Positions 24,513 to 39,243 of a stretch of DNA of 64,000 nt are shown here, in pieces. Position 1 is the first letter of the stretch, and each line of letters opens with the position of its first letter. Source of the stretch: Syncephalis fuscata S228 (lineage: Eukaryota; Fungi; Zoopagomycota). The stretch covers positions 62,001-126,000 of the forward strand of contig JAHLTZ010000013.1 in the NCBI GenBank assembly GCA_025786725.1, written 5' to 3'. A program made the translations under genes and the position numbers. A model generated the notes under the pieces. It was given only the letters and a program-made list of their open reading frames with translations. It did no database searches and had not been told where the DNA came from.

Positions 24513-26586
24513 ATGGCAAAGGCGTTACACATCCCCCGTTGTTGGCAAAAGCTATCCTTTCTTTATGGAACGATAATTGCGCTATTGTTTGCCACACTGT
24601 GCTGGACAAGTGCTACGGCCGAAATTGTTTTGCGCCCTGGTGCTAGTGGTGGTGTAAACGCCAGCGACATATCGGAGACTCGATTGCCAACCTATGACTT
24701 TTTTCAACGTCAGCAAAGTCCATTTAAACAAACTGGGCTCGCCTTGTTTGTTCATTTCGATGACGGCTGTGAATTACAGCTACCGGGTAGCCGTACCAGC
24801 GGCAATGTAGAAAATGCTTCCAGTCTAATTGTGGTAGTCAATAATACTATTTACAAATCATTATGTGGCTCGTTTAACGAGGTAAGTTACCATTATAGCA
24901 ATTGTGTGTACACAAGTTTATTGATTACAAGATTAGGCTGCCACTGAAATATATGATGCACGAAATGCCTTAAAGACACTAGGCTATCCCCAGCTTAAAG
25001 CTATTGTGCTGACGTCACCATTGAGTGAGGATTCAGCCGGAGGTCCATCCGACAGGTTTTGCAGTGTGCGCGCAGATTACAATTGCTACAAGCTACCATC
25101 ATTTGCTCGTCAATCGGCATCTGATTCCAATACACAAGATGATGCTAAAAATAGTACTGATCAGTCTGAGGACGTTGCATTGGTGTTTATGAACAAAGTG
25201 GCTGGTAGTACACTTGTGTCGCAAGTGAGCAAAGGGCCCATTGTGATAACTGTTGAGTCTGGTTAGTTGTTGGTTATTTTGACCATTGCAGATATTAGAA
25301 CTTGTGTAATTTATAGAAACTGGCGAATGGAACGAGTATTTCCTTTCAAAGCCTTGGGTCATATTTACCTGGGTGATGTTTGCATTGGTAGGACTATAGT
25401 GTTTATTTATATGCATTAATTGCAGTAGTATTAATATGCTGAAATGTAGAATGATATTGCTATTTTGATCGCTATTCAACAATTGGTAACAAAATACAAT
25501 TCTGGCTACGGTGCATTAAAATTTGTTCGTAACAGTGGACTCATTTCAGTTATTGTTTGTGGAGCATGTAATTATAATCCTGCTTTGGTTGACAATATCT
25601 AATTGCCTGATATTGCTCTCTAGTGGACGCTGCATATATTACCATGCCGATACTTCGGCCAGTTCGTCGTGCTTTATCCGACTTTACTTCTCTATTTTCC
25701 GTCATAGCTCTTTTACTATTGCTGTATCTTTGGTAAGTGTTTGAAAGTAATGGTCTATTACACAGATACTGATTTTTTATTTATTTAACAGGGTCACTTC
25801 TTTGCCTACGGCGCGCAACTGGCACCGTTCAGCCATTATAATCACTAGTGGATTTGTTGCTCTTCTTGAAACAATTGTGTGTGGTGTACATATCTCGCAT
25901 ATTCCCGCGTCATTTAGTTCGGATCATGTTGCGTATAGTTTTACGCAAATGGATACTGCATTGGCATTAGTTCTTATTGTACTCTACGTATTTACTGGTA
26001 ATGCAATGAAATTTATAGAGAATATATCTAACCTTGTACGTAGCTATCCATTATTTCCGCAACTATCGTAAAACTGCGATGACCAATACCGTAAAGCGAG
26101 CAACTTTTAGAGTAAGATAGTTAACAGTTTACTATTATTTGATCGACTTACCATCGTTACTTATTTGTTAAATAGCTCACTATCGTCACTGGCAGTGTCA
26201 TGTTAACCTGGCTCGTAGTCGATATTACCGCTTATTCGTACACTACTCCATTGGCACATACAGCAGGCCACTCAATGATGCTGCAGATATTGCGGGGTAC
26301 TTTCATTACAATTCGACAATTCGTATTAATATTAGGATTTTCCATGGTAGTTGGGCGTAATTATCCCGCATCAACTCCACAGTCCCCACGAACACCGCGT
26401 ATTAATGTTATCGCTACAGGCAATTATGCAAATGTAGGCTCACCATCGCCCATCTCGCCTGTAGGCACATACACATCTAGGTCAGGACTTAGTAGTCCTA
26501 AAAAGCTGTATGAAGATGAAATGGCGGATTTTCCACACGATAGTCGGTTCCCCGCTTTCCCCGCTTTTATTCCTTTACACAAATAG
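24513..26586 (+). CDS. 7TM GPCR-like membrane protein with Cys-containing (PA-like) ectodomain, paralog A
   Basis: Signal peptide, ectodomain, then GEWNEYF followed by seven hydrophobic segments after manual splicing, and a Ser/Pro-rich tail. Confidence 0.7.
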
Positions 26587-26945
26587 TCAGTATTTCTATG
26601 CCAGACTCATATAAATCTGTATACAATTGGCACGTTTTCTCAGTGTATAGTACATTTCAACTAAAATTGCTAGTATCGCGTATTGACTACTTAAATCATT
26701 GATTATACAGCGTTTATACATAAAATTTTTATTATGGTAAATATATCTCATATCCCCAGTGCTATAACTACAAAGGTGATAGGCACCGATTATTTAAAAG
26801 TAATTATTTGAAAGCAATCTTATAAATAGCAAATTGCTTGATAATTAATAAACTATAACTTGACAAATGATAATCTTCAAGCTAGTAGAAATATTACTAA
26901 ATATTCACTAAATATAATGCATAGGTGTAACTGGTAAATTAGATA

Positions 26946-28990
26946 TTAGAAGGGACGATTAGGGTCGACTAGTAAACTAAGGTTGACATAGGCTGATTGC
27001 CGGCGACTTGATCGGCCTATAATTGAGCGCCGTGGTATTTCATGGACTGGCCGTAGTGATTCTGTCGATGTAGTACTTCTATTGTACCAAGTGGAAGTGC
27101 GCTCACGCATTGAGTAATTGTCCACTTCTTCGTCTGTTACGCATACGCGTACAAAATTGATAACAAAAGCATTTTTTAAAGTCATGACAAACATTAATAG
27201 ATAGAGTATAGTCAGCAATCCTATAGGCTTTTCAGCTAATGATTTAAATGCATATAGTATAGCAAGTAATAATAGCAAACTATGAATAAATACTTGTGAC
27301 ATGCACAGCAAGGTCAACTATAATTGTGTTAGAGGTTAAAGGATGACACGTATAAAGTCGCTTACACGTCGGGTTGCTTTACGTGTTTTTTCGCTAAGTG
27401 CTTGAGCACACCATTTTTTATGAAAAGCTATTCCTATAATAAAGTATATTAATAAAAGTTATCTATTGCAAACATTGCTTACCATAAGTTGTAAAAAAAA
27501 CGATATAACACAAAAATGCAATGCCATTGGCAGCTGTCACAACAATACGTCCTATATAAGTTGGTGCAAATATATTTGGCAAAGCAAGTATATTGCAAAT
27601 GGCCGCTACTACTACAGCAGTGGCAATAGATATTATGCCAACATAGCAGCATCGGTGCCATAGAATTGAGCAATATGGCAGTCGTACTAGCCTAAAAATA
27701 CATAATTACGGCTATTTACTTTGCATTACATGTTATTTTACCCACCATAGAGATGCCAATAATAGCAAACTAGAATTTCCCATTATATCACCAATTATCT
27801 GAACAATATTACGCGAACGACTAAGTAGCGGCTGCGTTGAATAAACAGCTTGGCCTAAAATGTAATTATTTTTAACAATAGTCATTATCCATTTAATTAG
27901 TGATACTTACATAGTGACGAAACAAGAATTAATATATATGCGGTGTTTTTTATGTTAAATTGAAATTCCTTTCGGAGAATCGATTGAGCAATTCGACAAA
28001 GACCAATAAATAAAATAAACCCGTTCTTTGCGTATAACGATAATGTTAGTATAGTTTTCTAATTCATTTTTACTGCTGGCTTACGGTGCTGGTAATCAGC
28101 CACATGAATGCTACATAACTATTGGAAGTAAACTGATTATTCCATGGTCCGGCCTCTATCGATGTTGTATTAGTATTAAAGACAGTAAATTCAGCTAATT
28201 TACCTTCTTGCAATGTTGCTAGCAATACACTATTCTTATTACTTTGAACAGTACTCCATAGCTCTTGCCCGTCATAATCATTTAATATGGCAATAATAAC
28301 CTTATTATCTATGTCTGGTGGCTTATAGCATGGGTCATCCAGCATTGAATTACTGCGGCAATAAGACGCCGAAGGTCCTTGACCATTTCCATCATTGGCT
28401 GTAATCAATACTGCCGCTAATTCAGGGTAGCCACTGGTCAACAGTGTTGCTTTATAATTAACTATTGCTTGAAGTGTCTAAAATAAATAATTTTAACACA
28501 ATTAGCACACATTGCCATAATCAAAAATACCCACCTCTCTGTAAGATTGGCATCCACTAGTGGTCATTGACTCGGGATTTAACACTATAAATGTTTTATT
28601 AGTAGAGCTATTTATTTTCAGTACTTTGGTAGCTGCATCAGAAGGTGCGGGCCATGCTTGCAGTGTGCAGTTGTTTGCTAATGATACTGCCACGACGAAT
28701 CCATTTATTTGACGTGCTGGTTTAGATTGATCAGTTTGCAAAATAGGTGCTGTTTGAAAATAACTTGATGTGTTATAGCTTCGAGAATTGTTGGCCAGTT
28801 GCAATCGAGCTACTACTAGTTGAGGTGTCCATACAAACATAATGGTCATCAATCCGATCCAATACCAAAACTTTGTCCAGTAGTTGTGACGACTTTTTAA
28901 TTTTTGAGTCTGTACTGCATTTTCACCACTGCATTGTAAATACAGTTCATTGCACTGCATGGCTGTAGTTGAAATCAATGTACTACACAT
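26946..28990 (-). CDS. 7TM GPCR-like membrane protein, paralog B
   Basis: Shares motifs with paralog A (GYPELAAVLIT/GYPQLKAIVLT, GPSASYC/GPSDRFC, GPWNNQF/GEWNEYF) and has similar intron positions. Start codon uncertain. Confidence 0.7.
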
Positions 28991-29650
28991 GATTGGTGTG
29001 GCAATAATTAAATTAGTAGCGCTTAGTACAAGTCGATTGACCAAGCAAAGTAGCGACTTTCGCAACTGTATTACGGTAAATAATGGTAGTAATAATAATA
29101 ATAATAAAAAGGCAGAGAGGCAGAAAGTGAGAAAAGAAACAAAAAGATGAGCTATGATCGTGCCTTCAAGGATATACCATTTCTATCTAAAGAAAGCCCC
29201 AGCATATGATGGCCAATCAATATATTAAGGCAAATGAAGATCATTCGGATAATTGTACGCCAATGCGAACAAATAGCCATTTTCGGCCGTGCAAAAGGCT
29301 AAAAATACTATATTGGTAGAGAGTTGCATTACAGCCGTATTTGTATAACTTCAATAGGCATTAAAAATATTATATGCATGGCAACAGTAGTAGATAGTTT
29401 GTAGATTGATTTTAATAAACTAGTTAAACGCAAAATTGTAGATTAAAAGTATGAATTGTTAGTAATAACTATGCCAACAGATAGTCTTGATTACTATATT
29501 AATTAATTTATTAATAGTGGCTTTAGTAAAACATAAAATAATTATAAGCGTGCTATTAATTAGTAAAGAGTGGATTAGCACGACTTTGATATAAAATATT
29601 ACTGAATAATCATAAGCAAGAAAGAAGGAATAGTTTAAATTACACAACAA

Positions 29651-32600
29651 TTATCGTAGTTTTGATTCAATATTTGAACTTAGTGGCGACAGCGAAGGTC
29701 GGTCTCTTGATGTCGAGTCATTTTGCCCATTCTGTCGCACAATAACTGTATTTTGATCAAATTCCGTCTCCTGTCTTCCTGATTGATCAGGATTCACCAC
29801 ATGAAGTGATCTGGGCAATAGTCCGCGGCCGAATGTTGAAGCAGGTGTACCTGTAGCATCGACTGCAGCCCCTGTCGCTCCCGTTACCCATGGTGCTGAT
29901 GGTAACGGCGCAAGAACATCATCGGTGCCTATATTATCTTGCTGGGCTGCCCATCTCATAATACCTTGCTCGGATGGAGGCATAGACAATGGCCGAGCAC
30001 TTTGTGGTGCTGATTCAGATGACTGTATTTCAGAGTTAAATCCACTGCCATCCAAATCACCATCTATACTATTAAGTGACGCTATATCTACTCAAACTAG
30101 TTAGTTACTATATTTACAGGCGTATATAAAAACTATTTACCTGATGTTATCGGCAATTCTACATTTGAATCCAATTCAATGCCTGTTATTTAATGTTAAT
30201 AAATTGCATACCATTAACCAATAAACACTCGTTGATAATTACCTTGAATACCATAGTACGTAGAGTACACTTTATTGGTAGATCGTTCCCCACCGCGACT
30301 AGATTCTTTATCAACTAAATAATTATAAATGAGATAATGCAAAGTAGTTTCTGATTATCCCTGCTAACCTTTGCTGTTATCTTTCTCGTCATCGTCGTTA
30401 TCATCAGGCGGACGATCACTCCAAGAAGCTGGATGAGTCACGTAAATGGGTAACTCGACCGTCAAATCTTTACTATTAAAAAGCATTATTAGTTTAATAT
30501 AAATATAAACTAATCTAATTGCTATTACCTAAATTGCATCTGAAGTGCTATCTGTAGAATATGACTAACATTTAATAGAGTTGTATTCCGTAATGATATT
30601 GTATTGCTCTATTATTATAAAGTTAAAAAAGCTCTACTTATCATTATAATAAGACTTACCGGCACAGGCAGTGATAGTGTAACTTCCCGCTCTTCATCTG
30701 GTTCAAAGCGCCAGTCGTCGCCTTTATAAATACGCTCAGCTACCAGTCGGGAATTTGAATCAAGCACAGATTGTGTCTGCTGCGCCAATTCGCCTTCTAT
30801 ACGTGCTTCCCGCTTTGTTTTAACACGATGCCAAAGCGAAAACCGAATACTATTAACCTATAACACTTGTTAATCACGCTTGCTTATTACATAAGTTATT
30901 AATAAATAATTACCCGTTTTTTCGTATGATTACGAACACCTAGACGTACGTAGACTAGACCACCCGCCGATACTAAGCGACGCGTAGATTCGGCCACACA
31001 AGAAAGATGGCCATCGCCACCAAGAAAGGCTCGTTTACGAGCTTCAGCACGGACTCGTTCATTGCGTGCTTGTTTTACTTCTTCCGGCGACCATCGTTCA
31101 TAAATGCAAACAGACCGGGTATGGGCAATTGTTTCCGCTCGATTACCTGAAGCACAAACTTGTGCCGCACTATATAACATAAACAAATAAATAAATACCA
31201 TATCCATGATTTAAGTAAATGACTAATTACCAAGCAATGACATATCGAATAGAACCAGCTTTTGAACGAAAACTACTGGGTAATTTATCAGACAACGAAA
31301 AGGCAAATTGAAGTGTAGTCGTCGTCTTGCGTGCCTGCCAATAGCCATCTCGATCTAATAGCCATTTTATAATTATTAATTAACTAAGTAATATAACAAT
31401 GTACTTTTTATTACCTGGTGGTAAACTGCGTACAACCGCATCACAAGGCGATGATGATTCATGCAATAAATTACGTGCACGATAAAATAAACGACGCCGT
31501 CCACCAATTGTACTACTCATCATAGCATCTGATGTCACCTCTAAATATAAATACACAACCTATTAATGCAACAATAGCTAATACACTATTTTAATTACCT
31601 TCGATACCAATTACTTCAATTGAAATCTCCCCAATACGCACCGATGACGATTGACACTGAATTTCTGCCCTGCCCGTCACCATACCGCCAGCACAGAAGA
31701 AGGGCCGGTCAAAACGCATCGATAGTTTGAATTTACCATTCTTTGATGTAGGCCGTGCCACTAATAGTGTAGACACCGCTGGACCGTCACCATCGTTGTT
31801 ATTACCACCATTTGTAGCAAGTGCTTCAACGGTGCCATTTGAATGCGCTTCACGCGTACGTTGACCCGGATCAGGCAATGGGCTAGCAATGGTGGGTCGA
31901 TCCGACCGACTAATTAGTGGAAAAGCCAGTGGTACCTGCGATGTTTGGGCACCCGCTACTGATTGTACAAATACCGTCGATGGCCGCGATGAAGCCGCCG
32001 ATGACGATGAATGCCGTGGCCGTAAATCAGGCCGTGGTGGCAATGATGATACAGAATCACGCGGTGAATATTCGGTCGATGTAGGCTCTGAATCTCTCGA
32101 TGTCGTTCTAGATGGATTGCGTAACAGTTGATCATCAATAATATCGAGTGAAATAGGCGAAAATGGTCTTGGTAATTCCCCTTGGCTCATATGTCGCGGT
32201 CTATATTGCTGTAACGACGAAGCAATCGGTATTGTTGAAGTATTTGCTGGTAATTGATCTGATGATACAACACGTCGATGATTTGGACTATGCGTAGTAT
32301 GACTGCTATTAGCCGTATAAGCATAAGATGTGGCACTATCATTTCTATGCACCATAGAAGAATCAATACTGTCTCGATAACCAGTAGATATAGGCGATAT
32401 AGCCGTAGATCGATCATAAAAGTGTTGAGGTTGTTGATAGTGCATCACTGTACTATTTTGATCAGTATAATTTACTCCATTAGCAGTAGTATATTGTTGT
32501 TGTGAATAGTTTGAATAAGAAGAGAGTGGATAGGATACTTGTGAGAAGGCAACCGTTGATACAGGTGGTGATACAGTAGATTGACGATGAATACCTCCAT

Positions 32601-33390
32601 TAATATGATTATGACTATTAATACGGTCATCAAAACTATCATTATCGTCACCGCTTGTTTCATGTCGTTGAAGTGATGACACAGAATAGCGTGAATTTAA
32701 ATGACCAACATAATGACTAGATGCTGAGGATGAAGCAGGAAATGGTGCTGAAGAATATGGCTCATTCGCTGCAGTTGTCGTCGTAGTAGACGGTGTTGGT
32801 CGTGGTGGCAATGCAGACCAATGCCCATTAGACTGTGTCGCTGTAGGTCCATTATAATTCAATGCATGATTTGTGACTGGATAAGGTGCAGTATATGACA
32901 TGGGACGGTGTCGATGACCCATCTCATTAGAAGGCGTAGATGCTTCATAAAATGGATGTGAATGCTCATTGACTGCTGAATGTCGATAATAATTATGGGA
33001 TGGATCAGATACAGGTGGGGCCATGTCATTAGATGTGTATGGTGTTGTTAACGGTGTTTCATTTGATAATTGATTAGTATAATGATCAGATGACGTTAAG
33101 TTATTAATATGGCTATTAATATGGTTACTATTGATATTATTGACTGTTCTGTCCTCAGATACAGTATTGTTTGAATGAATAGATGGATAATTACCAGATG
33201 ATACAGATATTCTTGATAATTGATCATTACCTATACGTACCTGTTCATTTGGTAATTGATAAGGTGGGCGAGAAGAAATTGATGTTGGTGTAGTTGTTGT
33301 TGTTGTAGCAGTTATTGCAGCAGGTGCCATATTATCCCGCGAATATAATCGCGGTGATATTGGTTGTGGTTCTTCATTGATACTTGACAT
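29651..33390 (-). CDS. Alpha-arrestin-like protein with long disordered N-terminus
   Basis: Arrestin_N-like FDRPFFCAGGMVTGR…ISIEVIGIE and LPSSFRSKAGSIRYVI; Arrestin_C-like VYVRLGVRNHTKKRV. Many short exons. Confidence 0.75.
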
Positions 33391-33750
33391 CAAAGTTTGA
33401 ATAATAAATTAATACAAAACTATTACATCATAATAAATCATATTAGCCTTCATTACGTTACACAACACATGAAAAAGTCTACAAATGAATACAGGAATAT
33501 TGCCAAGAATTAACGAGTTAACCGTTTATCTTGTCATCTCTAATGAATAGCTATATTCAATGAATGTACACTATAGAGTATATACAAGCTCAAAAAGGAG
33601 AATATTGTTTGTTTAGCGTTGTTATTGTTACTAATAAGCAATGCAACACACTATTATAATAATAGCCCTACTAGACTATAACAATTGTCATCGTCTATAG
33701 TTATACTATTATATTGTTTAATAAAAGCTATTAAAACAATAGAATGACTT

Positions 33751-33783
<33 letters not shown>
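33751..33783 (+). repeat. (GTA)n microsatellite
   Basis: gtagtagtag… about 11 units. Confidence 0.95.
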
Positions 33784-35892
33784 CTATTACTGTCATAGTA
33801 GTAGCTATTGTAATAATAGCAACAGCTCTATTAATACACCAATAAAGAATATCCACACCATACATAATAGTAATAAAAAGTACCTACATTTATTAGTAGT
33901 AACCTCTGATATATCCACGAATATTGCTAGAAGCAAAGCGTAAAGTGGTCAGTCTGTACTATTGAAAGCGTATATACTCAGTGGAAAGCGAAAGACAAAG
34001 AATAAGCACAAGTTGATTGAAAGGGAGAAAAAAGAAAGTGTGCTGGTGACGTTTGTTCTAAATCATCACTCATTATTACTATAGTCATTACAATTCATCT
34101 GTTTATTATTGTTATGGTGGTTGGTGGCTATTAGATGACCTCCATAGACACAGTAATGGATATCCATAACAATAACCCTGGGTTGTGTATCTGGTGAAGG
34201 TCGCGTGTCACTCAACCAATAGTCATAGAGGCATATGGGTGTTCACGTGCCTATCAAATCTAAATAGTGTTTAAACTTGTCATTCATCTAACAATATATC
34301 TATATACATTTATATATCTATGTATATATAGATGCCATTGGCAGCCACGCTTTCTATATCGGAGTTTGGATCTATTTTTTACTTTCGGAATTGTTAACTT
34401 TTATTTTCTCTTTACTTCATTGGCAGTCCATTCCTTTGCATTCATTCGCCTTATGGTAGCTATTTTTGACTCTACCATGCCATGCTTCGTTTGGTAAACA
34501 ACACCGCTTTTTCACACCATTGCCACATACAGATCGACCATAGCATTCACCTTGTTAGCCATATCCATTGCATTCGTCAGTGTTGTTTAAATCTTGTTTC
34601 TCTAGCTGTTATTTGTTGATTGTGCTTTTTAGTGTATATATATAGTCAATATATATATATATTGATATAGTACGGTACGGCACGGCACGGCAACGACGCA
34701 ATCACTGCGGCCATCGATATCAGCACACGCGTCAATAGCTGCTGTTTCGTTTCCACTCTCTCCTCAAACCTGGTAAGAAACCGTTGTATTTTATTGACAA
34801 AGGTAGTGACAATAGACTGGCCTCGTTGTAGTCGATGGCCTGAAAGGCGTTTTTAAAACTTAATCGTTACAGAATGTTTAGAATAATTGTGCGTAAAAGT
34901 AGATATACCTGTATATGCTCGGTAAATGTCTGTGTGTGCATACATCGATGACTATCGGCATAGTAACTGCCTTGATCGTCATAATAGTCATTATGCCGGG
35001 TAAATACACTTACACCCACGCTCATCCATTCACTTAATAATCAGAGGCATTTTTACACCTTTGATACTCGATCGTAAAAATGATGGGAAAGTGATGCACG
35101 TGTTAGTAATAGAGGCACACTATTGAGCATTAATCCACTCTGTCAATACCACATTGTTTTTTGCCGTTGTTACTCGTTCTTTCACGCTCAAGGTGTGTTT
35201 CTTTTCGCCTGAATTATTGTTGTTCGCTATTTATTCGTCTAGCTGTCTGCCTATCAACCAACCAATTAACTGCTTCTCCTTGTTTCCTTCTTTGCTCAAC
35301 GCTGCATTTATTATATGAAACAATTAGCGTCAAGTCAACTATCCATCTCTTTTCAATTCTAATCTCGCCGTATTGCTACTGTTAACAACACTACTCATAT
35401 CTTTATCGCCTGTTCTTATACCGCGGTAGTGAAGATTGCAGGCCAATTCTTCCCCTTTCGCTTCCACTACTACTTCTATTATTAGTACTAGTTCTATAGT
35501 ACCACCTTCTCCTTTTGGTGATCAGGGCATTTTACTTTTCATTCTTTTCCCGTAACAACATCCTTAAGCATTCTTTGAATTGTATGTATTGCACATGTTT
35601 TAACTGATCGCTAACCAACCAACCAACCACTAATCAATATATGCTATGTATATAGGACGTTTTACCCGTGTCCTCTCCTACACTCCTGCATATCCAGTGT
35701 TTCGACACAGCAACCTTGGTCGCTACCATCTTCAACTACCATAGCAATCGCATAGGCATACATCGGCAGAATTTGGCTTGCCATACTATTTCTTATTTCC
35801 TTATTTCCATCGTGCTAGTGCTGCCCTCCATCATGGTAGCACAGTTTTATCAATTATGGCGATTTAGGAAATTGTCGGAAGGTTGTTCTATA

Positions 35893-38771
35893 ATGAATGG
35901 CCGCCTAGTTATGCTATTGTTCGCCATTCTAATCGTCACAATGACGACGCCGATTAAAGCCGAGATGATTAATAGCTCGATTTTTGTTCCGTGTTCGTCC
36001 AATTCTATTTTATCAGTTGAAACGTTGAGTTACAACTACGATACATCCAGCGATAGCATTAGTATTTCAGTGTCCGGCATAGCAAATGAAGATTTGACAG
36101 GTTTTGATGGCAAACACAATGGACGAGTCGAATTGGCTATGCAGTCATTTGGCGGTCTAGAACAGACGGTTAGTCTAGGTGCCACTTGTGACCTATTTAG
36201 TCAATGTCCAAATGGACGTGGACCGGCTATTCCTAAAGGTGCATGGTCATTAGTAAAAGTAAGCCTTTTTAAATATTAATACTAACAATACTAATAATAT
36301 TCTATTTGTTGTTATAGAATGATATTTCACTTGCCACACCTATTCCATGGATTGATTATAATATTACTTTTCGTATGCCGGTTGAATCGGGTAAAGGCAA
36401 TTATGTCTGTGCAACTATTCCAATCACCCAAAAAAACGCCGCCTATAATAAATTAGCCGGCCAAATATCTGCAGCATTCCCACCTTTGGCCTTAGCTGCT
36501 GGCGTTCTAGACTCCTATTTGGGCCATGAATACAGTTTATTAACATTTGTTATGGGTGATGGTTCATCGTTTCGATTGCCTGGATTCTTTGATTTATGGG
36601 AACATGCTCAATGGGTCACTATGACGGGTATGTTGGGTGCTCATTATACAGGGCCATATGAATCATTTGTCAGTGGATTTGGATGGAGTTTCTTCAATTG
36701 GAACATTCCATTTATTGATAGTATAGCTGGTAAATCAATTGCTCAGCCAGATCTGCCATCTGTTACCTCTTCTTCAGTAATTGGTAATAGTAATGCCGGA
36801 TCAACCGCAAAGGCAAGTACAAACGGTGCAACTGTAGCTCATTTGGTAGCCCGTCAAACATTGCCAGCTTGTTCACCTAGTAATGCTGGTCCAGCTGGTT
36901 CTTGTCAAGACTCAGCGCATTGTTGTAGCATTTCTGGCTATTGCGGTACTGGTGCGAGTTATTGTGGCCCTGGTAGTGGTCCAGCTCGTAATAGTCAACA
37001 ATCACCATCATCTTCTACGACACCATCTTCGGCAAATTCGCCAAAAGCACCGACAAACATTAATGGATCCGATTCTATTAATCAGAATGGGCCGGCAAGC
37101 GATAATGAAGCTTTACCGTATTCAAGCTCTCGTTCTGGCATTGCTGCATATGCTAACTCGTTGAGCATTGCGGTTGATCGACTTGTACACGTAACATTCT
37201 ATACGTTTATTATGGTCATAGTTATATTTTTAATTCTGGCCGGATTCGGTATATTAATTTATGAGCGAGTTCATGAATATCGCGGTGTATCGGCCAAGAC
37301 ATGGCCTAAAATAAGCGTTATTATCGATGCAGCTATCGGTATTCTATTACGTATTGTAATATTGGCATTTGTGCCATTATTACTTACTTCTATACATTAT
37401 TTGGCACTACCCTCACCTAGTCAGTTTGGTACAGGTGGTGTAGCTATTGGATCGGTTGTTGTTATGATTTTAGTGTGTGGTCCCATCTATTTACTTTTCC
37501 TTCTTTTTACTCGACACTCACCTACCGCTCTATTTGAATCATCGGCGTATTTACTTCGTATGGGACCGTTGTTTAACACATTTGTCGCTGGCCGTATCCA
37601 CTATGCTGTAGTGCCTATTGCTCGTCGTATGGCCTATGCAATCATTATTGGTGCTGGGCAAAAAAGCGGCATTGCTCAACTTGTCTGTTTAGTGCTACTA
37701 GAAGTCGGACTGGTCCTTGTAGAAATGTGGCTTGTTCCTCGTTCCTCGTCATTTGGCAATCAATTGGCAGCTAGTAATGGTATGCTCCGCACCATTGGTT
37801 GGCTATTTATCATTCCGCTATTACCTACCGTATCGTTGAGTGAAGGAAAACGACAAGCTACTATATTTGCATTTGTACTGTTTCATCTGATACTAATGCT
37901 CATCTGGCTAATACTTATTATACGTTCTTTGGTTAAAATACTCTTGCACTATCGCCAACAAACGATGTTCAAAGGTGCTAATGCCAATGGTGGTCGTCAA
38001 ATGCCCAATATACGCCATCCACTGCATCAAATCAATCGTGAGGAAGAAAGCTTAAGCAGTGAACAATTGGCCGGCAATGGTACAGGCAATGCAGGCAGTC
38101 CAATGACTGTGGGTGACTTTGAATTCATTGTAAGAGATGGCGGTGATTCATTTGACCGATATCATCCACCCACGGCACGATTCAGCAATATGCCACGAAT
38201 GAGTGTTGTATCCGGTGCTTATAGTGTATCTAATTCAGGTGAACCATCCGGCAATAATGCTGTTAGTGGCGGACAGCGCCATCATCATCAACGTGAAGGT
38301 AGTCAAACACTATCGATAGAATCATCGCCAGCGTCACGACCACGTCGACAAAGTGATTCAGACTTTTTACGTTCAAGTACACCTACAACTACCGATGCAC
38401 TTATTGGTCCATCACGTGGTTATATTACTGATGGTACAGGCGGATCATCAATGCGTTCCTACCCAGATAGAGCAGGTACACCTGGTTATGCGGATATGAA
38501 TGAGTATGGTGTACCAGGTGGCGATATGATGGGTGACGACGATGTTCACTCTCAAGGTGACGAGCTATTCTATTATGGTGGTGGTGAAGTGCCCAATGCC
38601 GCAGAAGATGCAACGGGCGCGGCCAGTGCCAATCAACCTCGATTAATGCCGGCCTTTTTGCGGCAACATGATGCTCAGGAGAGTTCCGGTGATGAAATGG
38701 CCTCGCCAGCACAAGCCACATTTCCTCGTTACATGAAACGAGCAACTACAGAGACACAAAACCGTATATAA
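35893..38771 (+). CDS. FLC/PKD2-type TRP-like membrane protein (ML-like N-domain + TRP domain) with an inserted hevein/CBM18 module
   Basis: Signal peptide; Cys-containing ML-like domain ending CATIPIT; GFFDLWEHAQWVTMTGMLG…YESFVSGFGWS; GIAAYANSL; many TM helices; CCSISGYCGTGASYCG insert. One intron at ~36259-36318. An alternative ATG lies at 35833. Confidence 0.8.
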
Positions 38772-39243
38772 TCACCTTCATCATCATCATCATAATAGCA
38801 ATTACAATAGTAATAATAGTAAAAGTATTAATATTAATAATAGCAATCATTCTATCTTGGTATGATGGCTGTTACCCAACTACTCTTTATTTCCTTGCGC
38901 TGATCCTTTTTTTATGTTTTACTGCGTCTAGCATATATTTTTCAATGCAGTTTTTTTATCTACTATTCATGGCCCAGTTGATAACAATAGATTATTATAT
39001 TATCTCTAATTAATAAGTAGTCATTAATGTACACGTGTGTTACTGTATGAACTATTCATTTATAAAAGTGTCGCGTATTATGCTAATTAATTATTCAATA
39101 AAGTTTTAGTAACTTGTGACATATTTCTCTCATTGCGTGTATATATATAATAAGGATTTGTCCACAGTAAATAATCCACTAATTATTAGTAATCATTTAA
39201 TGTGATTTAGTAGGTATAGCTAATTTAATAATGTTTGCGCAAC

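Noticed and set aside
29165-29176. ATATCCTT on the minus strand as a third U12 donor
   Set aside because: Lies upstream of the CDS with no supportable exon, branch point or AC partner.
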